Shown one piece after another: positions 20,387-31,086 of a stretch of 64,000 nt of DNA. Within the stretch, counting starts at the first letter, position 1; each line of letters opens with the position of its first letter. The position numbers were made by a program, and so were the translations under genes. Source of the stretch: an uncultured virus (IMG/VR IMGVR_UViG_2882593062_000003) (lineage: Duplodnaviria > Heunggongvirae > Uroviricota > Caudoviricetes); IMG/VR virus record IMGVR_UViG_2882593062_000003. The stretch is one strand, 5' to 3'. The notes below the pieces were generated by a model. It was not told the origin of the DNA. It did no database searches and worked only from the letters and a program-made list of their open reading frames with translations.

Positions 20387-23155
20387 TTAAGTCGGTAAGG
20401 TATCGGCAGAGCCGGTCCAAATGTCGTCCTGGAACCAGCGGGTGATGTAGCGTTGGTTGGCGTTGGTATACGAGCCTACATCCTTGCCCTTGGAATGCAC
20501 GACGGTAATCGTCAGGTAGTAGTTCTCGCTGACCTCGTAGTTGGTCATGGCCGGCCCGAAGGGTAGTTCGACGTTGTTGACGGTCGTAAACCAGCCGTAG
20601 CCGTTTTCAGCCGGGGATTTCGGTACGAACGTCAGGTAAACCTTGCCGTTCGAGTACGAATAGGTGATCGTACCGACATTGACGTTACAGACCGACTCCT
20701 TGTAGATTGTATCACCCCCGCCCATGCCTTCGGACACCAGATCAGGCAGGTTCGAGCCCGTCAGATCGTAGGTGCCGGCCGGCTCGATGAACTCGAAGCT
20801 GAGCTGTTTGGTATCATCAGCCAGTTTGCCCGAAATCCGGTAGCGTTCGTTCTCGGTCAGGGCCCCGAAGTTGTAGCGCCACCGCCGTTCAGTACGGCCG
20901 TCGCCCAGCGTCCGGGTCGTGGAGGTCGAAATCGCATCCTTCCAACCGATGATGGTGTTCGCTGCACCGGGTGAAATGCCTTCCAACTGCAGTTTTGGCG
21001 CGGAACCCGTGGTCCACACGAAGGCTTCCGAAGTTCCCGGCAGGCCGCTGTCCGAGCCGTTGGTGATCCGCAGGTTAGTCAGGGTCGTTTCCAGCACCGG
21101 TCCGGTGTCGGACTTGATGTAGTAGTCGCCGTCGGTGTTGGCCTGCGGCAGCGTCTGCACCGTCGTATACTCCTCCGAGGTGTTGTTCTTGTTGCGCAGC
21201 CAGATTTTGATCTGCTTGCCCTTGAACAGACCGACGCTGGAGCCGCTGTTCGACAGAAACAGCTTATCGAGCGTATACTGCTGGAAGGTCTGCGCCGTCA
21301 GGTCGTAGTAATTCGAGGAGGTAAAGTTCGACCCGCCCGTAATCGCGCTTCCGTCGGGATTGGTCAACCGTACTTCCATCTGCTGGCTACCCGATACCCG
21401 CGCCCGCACGTGATACCCCTTCGAAACGGCATCATAGGAAAAGCCCAGCCGCTCCAGCCAGGTCGGCGCCCCGGATGTACTACCCGGGTAGTTGACCGTA
21501 AAGGTGAACTGGGAGAAGGTCTGACCGCCCCGTGGATCAGTAACCGCCACCCCTGATGAATACGTGCCAGCCACCGTCGGCGTGCCGGACAATTCGCGCG
21601 TGACAGGGTTGAATGAAAAGCCCTCCGGCAGCTGAAAGGCCCACTCGTAGGTGAGCGGCTGGCCTTCCGGATCCCGGAACGTGTTCAGCGGTACGATCCA
21701 GCTGAAGGGCTGGCCGACGATGGCCGTCATAGCTGGCAGGGGGTTGTCGACGACGGGAATCTGGTTGGGCGCTTCGGTTGGATTCGAGATGGTGATTTTC
21801 AACGTCGTCGATACCTTGGCGCCGTAGTTGTCGGTGGCCGTCACCGTGGCCGTCGCGACACCCCCCGCCGACGGAGATCCCGAGACAGTCCGGGTGGCGG
21901 CCGTATAGGACAGACCACCCGACAGGCCCGTTACTTCGATGGAGATAATCTGGCCGTCCGGATCAGAAAATGTATTGGCCGGGATGAGGTAGCTAAAATT
22001 CTGACCGACCGTCGCCGTCTGGTCCGGAATGACGTTGGCGACGACGGGTCCCTGGTTGGTGGAGGTCTGATCGAGCAGCGTCTTCAGCTGAGCGATGGTC
22101 ATACCCGCCGGCTCCTTGCCGTTGGGGGTATCGATCCACACCCCGATGACGTTGAGCGAATTAACCGTCGGTAAATTGCCCACCCGGATGGTTTTGACCT
22201 CCGGCGTTTCGTCCTTCGCTTTCGGGTCTTTCTGAAGCGTTTCTTTGAAGGAGGGCATGGTCAGAATTTTGGCTTGCTCGAAAGACAGTCGGGTAATCTT
22301 GCGGCCCTGGCCGCCCGCTTCGATGGCCGCAAATGCCTCGGGATTGACCGAGTCGGAGGGCAATTCGATCCGAAGGCCGGAATCGTCGGTAGCGAGACGG
22401 AAGGGGTATTGGTCGGGAAGAGCGGAGTCGAAAACGACAGTTCCCGGAGGACTTTCCATGAAGTCAGGCGACTTCTCAATGTCGGCCTGGAGGCCGTAGA
22501 CCTTCACCGAATACGCCACAAAATCGCGGTTTAGCCGCACGTACACGGCGACAGTACCAGCCGCTTCGGCCAGACAGACGAGATCGCAACCCAGCGCGTC
22601 GGGCAACATGGCTTCGCGCGTCCACCAGTAGGCAAAGCCTCCCCGGTTGGCGCAGAACAGGCGGATGACGCCTTTCTGGTAGCCGCCCCAGCCTCCGCCG
22701 GTCAGCTCCACGAAAACGTGATCGTAGGTGCCCGCCCCGGAGAGGGGCAGCGTGGCGACCCGGCGGTAGATGACCTGATTCGATCCGCTGGGACGCGAGT
22801 AGGAGATGCCCTCGGCATCCTCGTTTTTCTGGAGCAGTTCGATGACGTCGGCGGCCGACAGGACGCGGTCCTGCGCTTCCAGATGGCTGGGGTCTTCCGG
22901 ATCGGCGAGCTTGATGAGGCCCGGCGTCAGGTAGTTGGCCAGTCCGGGCAGGACGGCATTGGCAATCTGGGCAAAGGAAGGGAACGCCGTGGCCAGGTTG
23001 ATGTCGGTGACCTCTCCGCCCTGACGGGTGATCGTCAGAATACCATTGGCGGGGTTGAAGCTGTAAGACGCAGGAATCTGGGCGATCGCGGCATTTACCT
23101 TGTCGCGGCCTTCGTTTACAAAATCACCTTCCTGGATGGATTCAAGGACTGCCAT
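20387..23155 (-). CDS. tail protein with two putative-Ig (He_PIG/CADG) domains
   Basis: NQGPVVAN.IPDQTATVGQ.FSY.IPANTFSDPDG and NQIPVVDNPLP..TA.VGQPFSW.VP.NTF.DPEG repeats. Confidence 0.75.
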   Translation of the reverse strand: MAVLESIQEGDFVNEGRDKVNAAIAQIPASYSFNPANGILTITRQGGEVTDINLATAFPSFAQIANAVLPGLANYLTPGLIKLADPEDPSHLEAQDRVLSAADVIELLQKNEDAEGISYSRPSGSNQVIYRRVATLPLSGAGTYDHVFVELTGGGWGGYQKGVIRLFCANRGGFAYWWTREAMLPDALGCDLVCLAEAAGTVAVYVRLNRDFVAYSVKVYGLQADIEKSPDFMESPPGTVVFDSALPDQYPFRLATDDSGLRIELPSDSVNPEAFAAIEAGGQGRKITRLSFEQAKILTMPSFKETLQKDPKAKDETPEVKTIRVGNLPTVNSLNVIGVWIDTPNGKEPAGMTIAQLKTLLDQTSTNQGPVVANVIPDQTATVGQNFSYLIPANTFSDPDGQIISIEVTGLSGGLSYTAATRTVSGSPSAGGVATATVTATDNYGAKVSTTLKITISNPTEAPNQIPVVDNPLPAMTAIVGQPFSWIVPLNTFRDPEGQPLTYEWAFQLPEGFSFNPVTRELSGTPTVAGTYSSGVAVTDPRGGQTFSQFTFTVNYPGSTSGAPTWLERLGFSYDAVSKGYHVRARVSGSQQMEVRLTNPDGSAITGGSNFTSSNYYDLTAQTFQQYTLDKLFLSNSGSSVGLFKGKQIKIWLRNKNNTSEEYTTVQTLPQANTDGDYYIKSDTGPVLETTLTNLRITNGSDSGLPGTSEAFVWTTGSAPKLQLEGISPGAANTIIGWKDAISTSTTRTLGDGRTERRWRYNFGALTENERYRISGKLADDTKQLSFEFIEPAGTYDLTGSNLPDLVSEGMGGGDTIYKESVCNVNVGTITYSYSNGKVYLTFVPKSPAENGYGWFTTVNNVELPFGPAMTNYEVSENYYLTITVVHSKGKDVGSYTNANQRYITRWFQDDIWTGSADTLPT

Positions 23156-23220
23156 AAGACGCTACGGGGGTAAACTATGGTAGCGCTTCGCAGTCCGGTA
23201 GTGAAGCAGGTGCTAAGTTA
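23153..23220 (-). promoter_or_regulatory. leader element copy 1 (variant)
   Basis: TAACTTAG..CTACCGGACTGCG then alternative stem GCGCTAC/GTAGCGT ending 3 nt before ATG. Confidence 0.65.
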
Positions 23221-23303
23221 AAGAATTTGGGAAGATTTCCAAAAAATGATAATTTGATACCTGACGATCAACCATCTACACTTTTCTACCCTATCTTTTC
23301 ATC

Positions 23304-24059
23304 ATGGCGTCAGGTAATGGAAGCCAAGAGGCACAGAGTGGAGGCTCCGTTGAGTCTTCCAAAGCCGGGATATTCATAAATATTCCGGTTCAGGAGTCTT
23401 CTAAGGAAGCGAAACCAGCTTCTTGGCTAGAAAGTACCGAACAAGTCCTTAAGCTGTTAGGATTGATTGCTGGACTGTTTACTTGGCCGCTTGTTATTCT
23501 GGTTACCTTACTGATGTTTTATTCTCCTTTGAAGGAGGTTGTAGAAAAGCTGCCCAGAAAAATAGACTCCTCTCAAGAAGTAAGCTTTGGCTCTTTTTTA
23601 TCCTTTAAAATAGATAAGCAGGCCCGAGCAGAGGGTAATGCAGAATTAGCTGCCATCATTAAGGGGCTTAGTCAGCCCGCCATCCAACTCTTACTTGGTG
23701 TTGGCAATGCTTCTCACCAAATTTTAAGTTCAGCCGAAAATGACACGGAAACCCTTAAGGACAGTGACTTCGAATCCTACAAAGAGCTTTTTAAGAATGA
23801 ATTGATTGAACCTACCAACTACTCTGATGACATGGATCTGAAAGGATTCTTTGACAAGGTTGAAGGGCTGAATATCAAAGAGGAAAACCGTCTAGACTTA
23901 ACTGAGCTTCCCTCTAGCGAACGTGAAGTAATTTCAAATTATACCGTTCAATTATCTGCTTCAGGAAGGCGGGCGTATGATATTATTATTTCGGTCATCT
24001 CAGAATCTATCTCCGGAGATATTCCTACAAAACAAGATTCTACTGATTCAAAGAATTAA
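23304..24059 (+). CDS. hypothetical TM protein (AT-rich cargo)
   Basis: LFTWPLVILVTLLMF TM, SFGSF beta hairpin; opposite strand to tail operon. Confidence 0.7.
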   Translation: MASGNGSQEAQSGGSVESSKAGIFINIPVQESSKEAKPASWLESTEQVLKLLGLIAGLFTWPLVILVTLLMFYSPLKEVVEKLPRKIDSSQEVSFGSFLSFKIDKQARAEGNAELAAIIKGLSQPAIQLLLGVGNASHQILSSAENDTETLKDSDFESYKELFKNELIEPTNYSDDMDLKGFFDKVEGLNIKEENRLDLTELPSSEREVISNYTVQLSASGRRAYDIIISVISESISGDIPTKQDSTDSKN

Positions 24060-24101
24060 TTTCAAACCACATTAAATAAAAAAATAAAGAAGAGCTTTGT
24101 A

Positions 24102-24743
24102 ATGGAACGTTTACAATATTTTTTAAAAACTTGGTTTTCACCAAGCTACATTGCCAATATTGTCGCCATTCTCGCTTTAATCGTTTCCGTGAGAAGTTGT
24201 CGACTCTCTCAAGCCTCTTTTGACCTTGCAAATGACGAGTACAAAACAAGTAGAATGCCGGTGTACACCGGCATTCTACAAGACTCCATTAAAGTGTTTA
24301 AACTTCATAGTACAGACCCATCGATTAAGTTGCAGATGGCAAAAGTTTATTACCCTCCTCAAATACGAAAAGATGTTTGGGATGTTTACCCTCCAGAGTA
24401 TGAATTACATATGACAGGCATCCTGTTTGAATTACAAAGCTTTATTGAAAGTAAGGTAAAAAAGAAGAAAGATCATGTTTCTTTTGCACTTGACTGGAAC
24501 ATTCCATTCATTATAGAATCGCTATACGTAGCAAAAGGACGTTCTTACATTGACCGATCGCTATACTTGTTACGATTTGAGTTTTCTATTCCTGATGGAG
24601 CATATGAAAAGCCAGATATAAAATTTACAGCTATATCTTTTCTTGAACATTTGAAATCATCCGAAGATTCTCATAATCTGTTGAGTAGACTTTGGCAATC
24701 AGGTGGTATTACTATGCATCAAGACAAGTTCTTAAGTGATTAA
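24102..24743 (+). CDS. hypothetical protein with N-terminal TM (AT-rich cargo)
   Basis: 213 aa; stop overlaps the convergent tail gene stop. Confidence 0.7.
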   Translation: MERLQYFLKTWFSPSYIANIVAILALIVSVRSCRLSQASFDLANDEYKTSRMPVYTGILQDSIKVFKLHSTDPSIKLQMAKVYYPPQIRKDVWDVYPPEYELHMTGILFELQSFIESKVKKKKDHVSFALDWNIPFIIESLYVAKGRSYIDRSLYLLRFEFSIPDGAYEKPDIKFTAISFLEHLKSSEDSHNLLSRLWQSGGITMHQDKFLSD

Positions 24744-27397
24744 TTGAAGTCCAAAAAGCGGCAGAAGCGGTAAAAGTTCGGATCGGCGCTCGGATCCGTC
24801 TCAAAACGCAGGAATTGCCAGTTCGCATACAGATCACAGTCGTACGTCGGCGCCGTCTGGTACCGCTTCAGCATCTTGATCTCCACAACTTCCGAGCAGG
24901 GGTTGTATTTGATGCTGCCTCCCATGCGCAGCCAGCCCGTAACGTATTCGCCGTCCGGATTTTTCACGCTGATGTAGCCCCGGTGGATGACCTCGGGGAC
25001 GTCGTCGCTGCTTGTCATGGCCGCCAGCAGGAGTTTCAGGTCGTCGCGGTCCACCCGGGCGGTCACATACACCCACTCGGGACTGAAAAACCGCCCTTCG
25101 ACCTTTTCGATCTCACCCAGGGCAATGGGCCCCGACTCCCGGATCGTCTGTTTGTAGAAGTCGCCGGGCAGGCTCGGCGATTCGGCCCGCACCCGCGAGG
25201 TCATCGCCCCATTTTGCGAGAAAAACGTGCATTTCATCTCCTCAAACAGGGGCTTGTAGCGCAGGCCGTTCAAGAGAAACGGCGCATGCCGCCGGATGAT
25301 GCGGGCGGGTGAGAGTTCGGCATTGACGACGGTGGCCGGGTCCGAAAGGCCGGTGATCTCCAGCCGCTCGTTGGTGCGGATCATCACCGGTTCCGTGCCG
25401 GACCGGAAGGTAATGGGGGTATAGGCCGACACGTTGGGAACCGTCTCGTTGGTGATGAATTCAACGCGGGTGCCGGTCAGCAGGCTCCGGCTAATTACAT
25501 TGGTGATGATCAGAATGGCACCGGCGCCCGGGCCGGTCAGGATCGTGATGGCGACCCCGGTCCGCACGGCCGTTGTAGGCAGGAAGAACGTGGCGATCCG
25601 GCGCTGGTAGGGGATGCCCGGAAAGGTCTCTGCCGCCAGCGTCTGGAACTTGACCAGATTGGCGTGAACGGCCGTCTGCACATGCAGGATGAAGCCGTCG
25701 TCGTCGTAGGCGTGGGAATCCGTCGGCTGCTCGGCAAACTGCACGGTGCGGACCTGTTCGATAGCGGTACCGGCCCCGATCAGCGGGCATTTGATCTCCA
25801 GCGTCTGGCCGTAATTACGGATCGGAGTTTGATACGTCCGAATCGTATTAAATTCCTCCCGGACGCCCGGGCCGTCTTCCGGGTATTTCTCGTAGCCGAC
25901 TTCGACCTGGTTATAGAGGTGATCGGTGGCGACCTCCTCGCGGTAGCTGAATACCTCGTCGATCTCCAGCATCTGCGAGTTCTGGTAGAAGTAAGCCCCT
26001 TCCTCGATCTGGACTTTATCCCCTTTGTATTGAATGCCGGCCGCGTGAAGCGAGGATAGGACCCCGATCAGCTGCTTCAGCGTGAATATCGGCGCCTTGG
26101 GCACCCCGCGGAGGCTGGCCCCGTTGGTGACCACGTATTCGGAGGCCGGGCCGGGGAAAGGGCCTTCGCTGCTCAGCAGGCTGCTGAGGATCGGATCCTC
26201 GCCGGCCGGCTGGTCGATGATGCAGCGCAGCACGTGTCGGATGGCATCGGAGAGAAACCACACCCGGGCCAGCGACGGTTCGGCCCGCGTCAGCGTCCGC
26301 AGCTTGATATGGACCAGCAGGGCGGTGACTGAGCAATTGATCTGGCGAGGCATCTTGTCCGCAGCTACATACAGGGCCGTATAAATGAAAACCGAATCCC
26401 CCTTATCCAGCGTCAGCGTTTGATTGATATGCACCTCCACGGTTTTTCGGCCTAAGTGGGTTTTCTCTCCTTGACCTCCCTGACGCGGGGCTACCTCCGT
26501 CTCCGTGCGTTCCCCAGTTTCTTTGACGACTACCATCAATGGGCGAAGGGTCCATGTTTTAAACCGGATCGCGCCAATATCAAAAGCACGCTTGGTAAAA
26601 CTGACCTCCACCGTAAAAACCCAATCGAATTGGATTTCATAGGTTCCGTCTGCATCGGCTTTCAGGAAAGGAAACGAGCCGCCCTTCTCCGGGTCGACCT
26701 TTTCAGGGGTAATGCCCGCCAAAACACCGCCCGGATGCCGTTTCAGGGCGGTAATCGTCTCCGTATTGGTTTTGGCAGGCTCTCCTGGAACCGGAGGCAC
26801 TTCGTCGGTATTGGGCAGGATAAAGTAGATCAGGGCCGGAACGCCGACCTGGGCCGGGGTATCGAAGTCTTCCCGCTGGATGCGGTTCGATTCGAGCGTT
26901 TGACGGATCGCTTGGCCCGGAAGACGTAATTCAATGTAGCTGGGAGGGACAATCGCCTTGCCATCCAGGGTAAGATTGGCATCCATCGACACCTTCGAGT
27001 CCCAACGGGCGTCAATCACCGAATGGATGGATTTCTGTTGAATAGAAGCCTCTACGCGGCCCGGTGAAACCACAATGCTTTCGCCCAGAATCACCCCCTC
27101 AAAGTCAATTTCTTCCGTACCGTCTTTGTGATGAAAGACTATCTGAAACCGCACGTCAAGGTCCGAGCCGTACTGGTAGTATTGTTGAGAAATCAGGTTG
27201 TGAGCGGGTTCACAGGTGAAGGTGAGTTTGATTTCATCCTCCCCATAGCCGTAAAGGAAGCCGTGTAATTTGGGGTCGGACTCCCCGACCAGCCGCAGGT
27301 CAGAGAATTTGATTGGTTCCCGGATAGTAGGAGAGACGACCGTGGGTTCATCGACGCCAACGGTTTTGATTACCGTAACTAAGCGAAAGGAATGCAT
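24740..27397 (-). CDS. large phage tail/baseplate protein (885 aa)
   Basis: Position after TMP-derived sequence; YNQVEVGYEKY...EEFN..RTY motif seen in Bacteroidota phage tail proteins. Confidence 0.65.
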   Translation of the reverse strand: MHSFRLVTVIKTVGVDEPTVVSPTIREPIKFSDLRLVGESDPKLHGFLYGYGEDEIKLTFTCEPAHNLISQQYYQYGSDLDVRFQIVFHHKDGTEEIDFEGVILGESIVVSPGRVEASIQQKSIHSVIDARWDSKVSMDANLTLDGKAIVPPSYIELRLPGQAIRQTLESNRIQREDFDTPAQVGVPALIYFILPNTDEVPPVPGEPAKTNTETITALKRHPGGVLAGITPEKVDPEKGGSFPFLKADADGTYEIQFDWVFTVEVSFTKRAFDIGAIRFKTWTLRPLMVVVKETGERTETEVAPRQGGQGEKTHLGRKTVEVHINQTLTLDKGDSVFIYTALYVAADKMPRQINCSVTALLVHIKLRTLTRAEPSLARVWFLSDAIRHVLRCIIDQPAGEDPILSSLLSSEGPFPGPASEYVVTNGASLRGVPKAPIFTLKQLIGVLSSLHAAGIQYKGDKVQIEEGAYFYQNSQMLEIDEVFSYREEVATDHLYNQVEVGYEKYPEDGPGVREEFNTIRTYQTPIRNYGQTLEIKCPLIGAGTAIEQVRTVQFAEQPTDSHAYDDDGFILHVQTAVHANLVKFQTLAAETFPGIPYQRRIATFFLPTTAVRTGVAITILTGPGAGAILIITNVISRSLLTGTRVEFITNETVPNVSAYTPITFRSGTEPVMIRTNERLEITGLSDPATVVNAELSPARIIRRHAPFLLNGLRYKPLFEEMKCTFFSQNGAMTSRVRAESPSLPGDFYKQTIRESGPIALGEIEKVEGRFFSPEWVYVTARVDRDDLKLLLAAMTSSDDVPEVIHRGYISVKNPDGEYVTGWLRMGGSIKYNPCSEVVEIKMLKRYQTAPTYDCDLYANWQFLRFETDPSADPNFYRFCRFLDFN

Positions 27398-27454
27398 AGG
27401 ACTGCGAGTTGATGGGTGTATGGGCCGCAGTCCGGTAGCGGTTCAGTAAAGATA
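27395..27454 (-). promoter_or_regulatory. leader element copy 2
   Basis: TATCTTTA..GCTACCGGACTGCG-N19-CGCAGTCCT-ATG. Confidence 0.8.
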
Positions 27455-27658
27455 TTGTTTTTCTTTAAGTGAGCATGATAAATTATGATCACACTAGGTT
27501 AACCACTGAAGTAGTGTGTAAAAACTTGACTTGATTAGAGGTTTTTGTAATTTACAAGTTAAGAAAGGGGCAAAAAAGTAATTTTTAAAATAAGCATATA
27601 TAAATAATAAATTTATATCATATATATATACTTAGCCACCAAAACACTATAAAAGAAA

Positions 27659-28399
27659 ATGGGAAAAAGAAATGAAAACAAAAGCTGGATCTTTTCGATT
27701 GAAGTCATTGCGGCAATTATTGGATTTATGGGCGTTATAGTTGGGGTAATGTTCTCGCCATTTGTAAATAAACTAGCTGAAAAGACTTTTGCGCCAAAAA
27801 TCTTATTAAATTCTGGATTCGATAGATATTATTTTGGAATGCCTTATAATATTGTAATAGATAACTTGCCGGAGAAAATTAGATCAAATTTTCAAAACAT
27901 CTCTTGGGACAACTTGCCAACGGCCCCAGAGTTTATTGACTCACTTTATGGTGAAAATATGCAATGCAGTAATGTACTTCCTTTAAAAGAAAGCGTAAGA
28001 TATATTTATATTTCGTTAAAAGATGCCGACATTAAAGCTCTGCCTCCATCAATAAAAAGCGAAGAATATTTCAAATCTAGCTTTTTATTTTTTTATTTCC
28101 ACCAAAAAAGACTTTTCAGGATAACGATAAGGTTTATGGGTCTTGAAGAAAAGGACCGTAAAAAAGCTCAAAATTCAGTTGAAAAGATTGATACTAAAAA
28201 AGTTTTGGAGAAATGCGTTAATTTCTTTGAAATTGATACTGATGAAATTAAAACAGCAAAAAATTCAAATAAAGGTTTTGTTGTTCTCTACAAAAGTGAA
28301 TATTCAATATTAGTAGGTGAAGCAGCTACAGATAGCAGTGGATGCCACATTTCATTTATAAAGCCTTGCTCTCCAAGAGCATATGGCGAATTATATTAG
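27659..28399 (+). CDS. hypothetical protein with N-terminal TM (AT-rich cargo)
   Basis: 246-aa ORF. Confidence 0.7.
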   Translation: MGKRNENKSWIFSIEVIAAIIGFMGVIVGVMFSPFVNKLAEKTFAPKILLNSGFDRYYFGMPYNIVIDNLPEKIRSNFQNISWDNLPTAPEFIDSLYGENMQCSNVLPLKESVRYIYISLKDADIKALPPSIKSEEYFKSSFLFFYFHQKRLFRITIRFMGLEEKDRKKAQNSVEKIDTKKVLEKCVNFFEIDTDEIKTAKNSNKGFVVLYKSEYSILVGEAATDSSGCHISFIKPCSPRAYGELY

Positions 28400-28444
28400 C
28401 TGAGGTGAAGTCCTCATCTGTTAAATATTTACTAACCGGAAAGA

Positions 28445-28552
28445 AACCCGAAATTTGTAGCATTGGATGGGTTATTGAATCGTCAAACTGAAGACGGTCG
28501 GTTTCTCGACGCCGACGGTGATGATGGAGGTGACAAGCCTAAAGGAGTGCAT
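28445..28552 (-). pseudogene. remnant duplicate of the 5' end of the 885-aa tail gene
   Basis: MHSFRLVTSIITVGVEKPTVFSLTIQ*PIQ versus MHSFRLVTVIKTVGVDEPTVVSPTIREPIK. Confidence 0.85.
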
Positions 28553-28614
28553 AGGACTGCGAGAGAAGCAATTATATGTTCTGCAGTCCGGTAGCAGAAA
28601 GATGGCTAAATTTA
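28550..28614 (-). promoter_or_regulatory. leader element copy 3
   Basis: TAAATTTAG..GCTACCGGACTGCA-N-CGCAGTCCT-ATG. Confidence 0.8.
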
Positions 28615-28863
28615 AGTTATATTTCGAAAAACTCAATTATTCTTTAAATCCTGATAAATTATAAAGGATAACATATGGGAAGTTGATGTTACGGTAGGAA
28701 AACAATTTGATCCAGAATTTAAAATCCCTTTTTCATCATCTCGATTGCTAGCGCTGATCCGACTTTTAAACTAGCCGAACCTTTATAACATCATTCTTTA
28801 ATGAAGTTAAGGTAAGACTATCTATAATCTTTCATTTATAAATGTTCACATATATCTCCTAAT

Positions 28864-29832
28864 ATGAAGGTTAACTTTATTTGCAGTACAATTTTAATGG
28901 AAATAGACCTTTCTGGTCAAAATTTCTTCGGAGTTTCCAACTATGTCCTTAATCAAGACTTAAATCTGATTGCCAAAGAGTTCAACGCTGACTATTTGGT
29001 CGAAGCCATAGGAAATATAGAATTTGATTTCTATATGAAGAACCCATTTTTTTATTCAAGAGCAGAATTCGAAAATAGGGAGCCTATATTTAGATGGACA
29101 GAAATTGACACCAATCTTTTGCAATATTTCATGTTTTGTTTATGGTTTGTTAAGGACAATAGTTCAAATATTTTACTTTTAACGGCGGTTTCTGACGATA
29201 ATTATATATTAACTAATAGAAAGGAGACGTCTGTTAGTAATTCAGCGGGTGACCATACTTTAACTAAATTTACATATAAAGAGTTAGAAGAAGCATACGA
29301 GTTTTTATTAATTATTGATAAGATATCTTCTGTAAAAAGTATTGAAGATGCTCTTCAAGTTAAAAAGAGAGGTTTAATATTAAACCCAGATTATCATAGC
29401 GAAAAATATAATGCGAGAAATAGGATAGAAAGAGCGCTTCTGTTTCTTCAAATAGCAAGAAGTCAGTCATTTTTGCCTCCGAAAATATCATTCTATGTAC
29501 TTGCAATTGAGTGTTTGTTTTCAGCAAATGATTTAGGAGAGATTCAACATAAAATTGCAGAGAGGGTTGCAATGTATATTGGAAGAAGTTCTACTGAAAA
29601 ACAAATCATTTTTGAAAAGATAAAAAATGGTTACAAAATTAGGTCTAAGTACCTGCATGGCCAAACTTTATCTAAATCTCAAGACAAACTTGATGTTTTA
29701 ATTGAAATTTCAAACGAACTCGATGATTTAGTAAGACAAATTTTAAAAAAAGTATTGCGTGAAGACTCAGCCAAATTTCTGCTGAAAGAGGAAGAGTTAA
29801 CCTTGTGGTTTAATAGTCTTTTATTTGGTTGA
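28864..29832 (+). CDS. HEPN-domain (ApeA-like) protein
   Basis: AIECLF...I.HKIAERVA...YKIRSKYLHG carries the Rx4H motif. Confidence 0.75.
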   Translation: MKVNFICSTILMEIDLSGQNFFGVSNYVLNQDLNLIAKEFNADYLVEAIGNIEFDFYMKNPFFYSRAEFENREPIFRWTEIDTNLLQYFMFCLWFVKDNSSNILLLTAVSDDNYILTNRKETSVSNSAGDHTLTKFTYKELEEAYEFLLIIDKISSVKSIEDALQVKKRGLILNPDYHSEKYNARNRIERALLFLQIARSQSFLPPKISFYVLAIECLFSANDLGEIQHKIAERVAMYIGRSSTEKQIIFEKIKNGYKIRSKYLHGQTLSKSQDKLDVLIEISNELDDLVRQILKKVLREDSAKFLLKEEELTLWFNSLLFG

Positions 29833-30218
29833 ATAGCTGTTTCTGCTTTAAGAGTGCTTCTCTTGGCTAAAAATTATGCCGGAGGGAATTTACAACCACT
29901 CATTAAGTCATTTCCCGACTTGAAAATTCGTCCACTTGGACTTGTGGGAACTTAGTTCAGGACTTTCAGTAACAGTTACTTAAGTGCCGCGCCTATTTGC
30001 ACAGAATTCGCCGGAAAGTCAATCTCTATCACAGCCCGGCAGAAGCTTTTCCCTCCAACGCCTGTTTGTTAGGCCACTTTTTAGCGTAAATCAAAATAAG
30101 CTCAGCCACGGAATTCCCCGTTAAATAAATGACTGTCAGCCTTCTCCTGATAATTCATTAGGTTGAATTCTATTCTTGAGGACATTTATATCCTATCCAC
30201 GACTAAAATCTTACTCTT

Positions 30219-30968
30219 ATGGAAAAGCAAGAAGAACAAGAGAAGGAGATGCTCGAAAAAGACTATGCCGGGTTAATGGAGAAGTTGAAAAACGTCCGCC
30301 TTTTCGACTCTGATGATGAATTTGACATTTACAATCCCAGTAGATTTTTTTCTTTCCAGCAGCGGTTATTAGACGACCGGGACTTCTTTGCCAGGATACA
30401 GGGAGATATTCCTCAGCTTGGTGAATTTCGTCCTTTAAGAATGCACTCAAGGGAAATCGATATGTTTACTGTCCATCGTCCTTTTAGTGATGATTGGAGG
30501 TTTGTCAACTTTCAGTTTCCTTCTTACGTTCACACCGAGCCCTGGGGGCACGTTACAACCGGTAGTGTCTCGTTTGATTCGCCTTCTTTAAGTAGTATTG
30601 AAACTCCTCCCGGCGTTAGGCTGACTTATTACTTTACCCCCAGTTCAGGAGTGGTTTATTACCATGTCACCTTTGAGGTGGCTGTGTATGAGCCTGATTT
30701 TCGTGTTCTGGATACGACCGCCCGGTTTAGGATTATGGCTTTAGATGGTCCGTCTTTAGATTCGGATACGATCGTTTCTAGGACTCAGGTTATTTCGAAT
30801 CTCGGAAGTACCACAGCACAGATTAGTTTAGGTATACCGGCCGGTTCAGCCAGTAGACAAGTTTTGACGATTTGGCTTTACTTGGAGTCTTGGCAAACCT
30901 CTTCCTTGACCTGGTCATTTCATAATGTTAAAGTTTCAGAGACCAGATTGATTTTCACTCCCAGATAA
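30219..30968 (+). CDS. hypothetical protein
   Basis: 249-aa ORF, beta-rich C-terminus, followed by terminator. Confidence 0.6.
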   Translation: MEKQEEQEKEMLEKDYAGLMEKLKNVRLFDSDDEFDIYNPSRFFSFQQRLLDDRDFFARIQGDIPQLGEFRPLRMHSREIDMFTVHRPFSDDWRFVNFQFPSYVHTEPWGHVTTGSVSFDSPSLSSIETPPGVRLTYYFTPSSGVVYYHVTFEVAVYEPDFRVLDTTARFRIMALDGPSLDSDTIVSRTQVISNLGSTTAQISLGIPAGSASRQVLTIWLYLESWQTSSLTWSFHNVKVSETRLIFTPR

Positions 30969-31027
30969 GCTTCAAATCTAACTAAGGGCAGATCAGCAGA
31001 TGCTGATGATTTCTTTCATCTTCCGAT

Positions 31028-31063
31028 AACTAAAAGAAGCCAGATCCCTGGCTTCTTTTAGTT
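31028..31063. terminator. bidirectional terminator
   Basis: aactaaaagaagccag-atcc-ctggcttcttttagtt. Confidence 0.8.
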
Positions 31064-31086
31064 TAACCATTTTAAGTTTTATTCTT

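Noticed and set aside
11164..23155. Diversity-generating retroelement or shufflon acting on tail fibres
   Set aside because: No reverse transcriptase, TR/VR pair or alternative fibre C-termini seen.
9395..27015. Many overlapping plus-strand and alternate-frame ORFs within the tail module
   Set aside because: Shadow ORFs of GC-rich minus-strand genes; no motifs or coupling.
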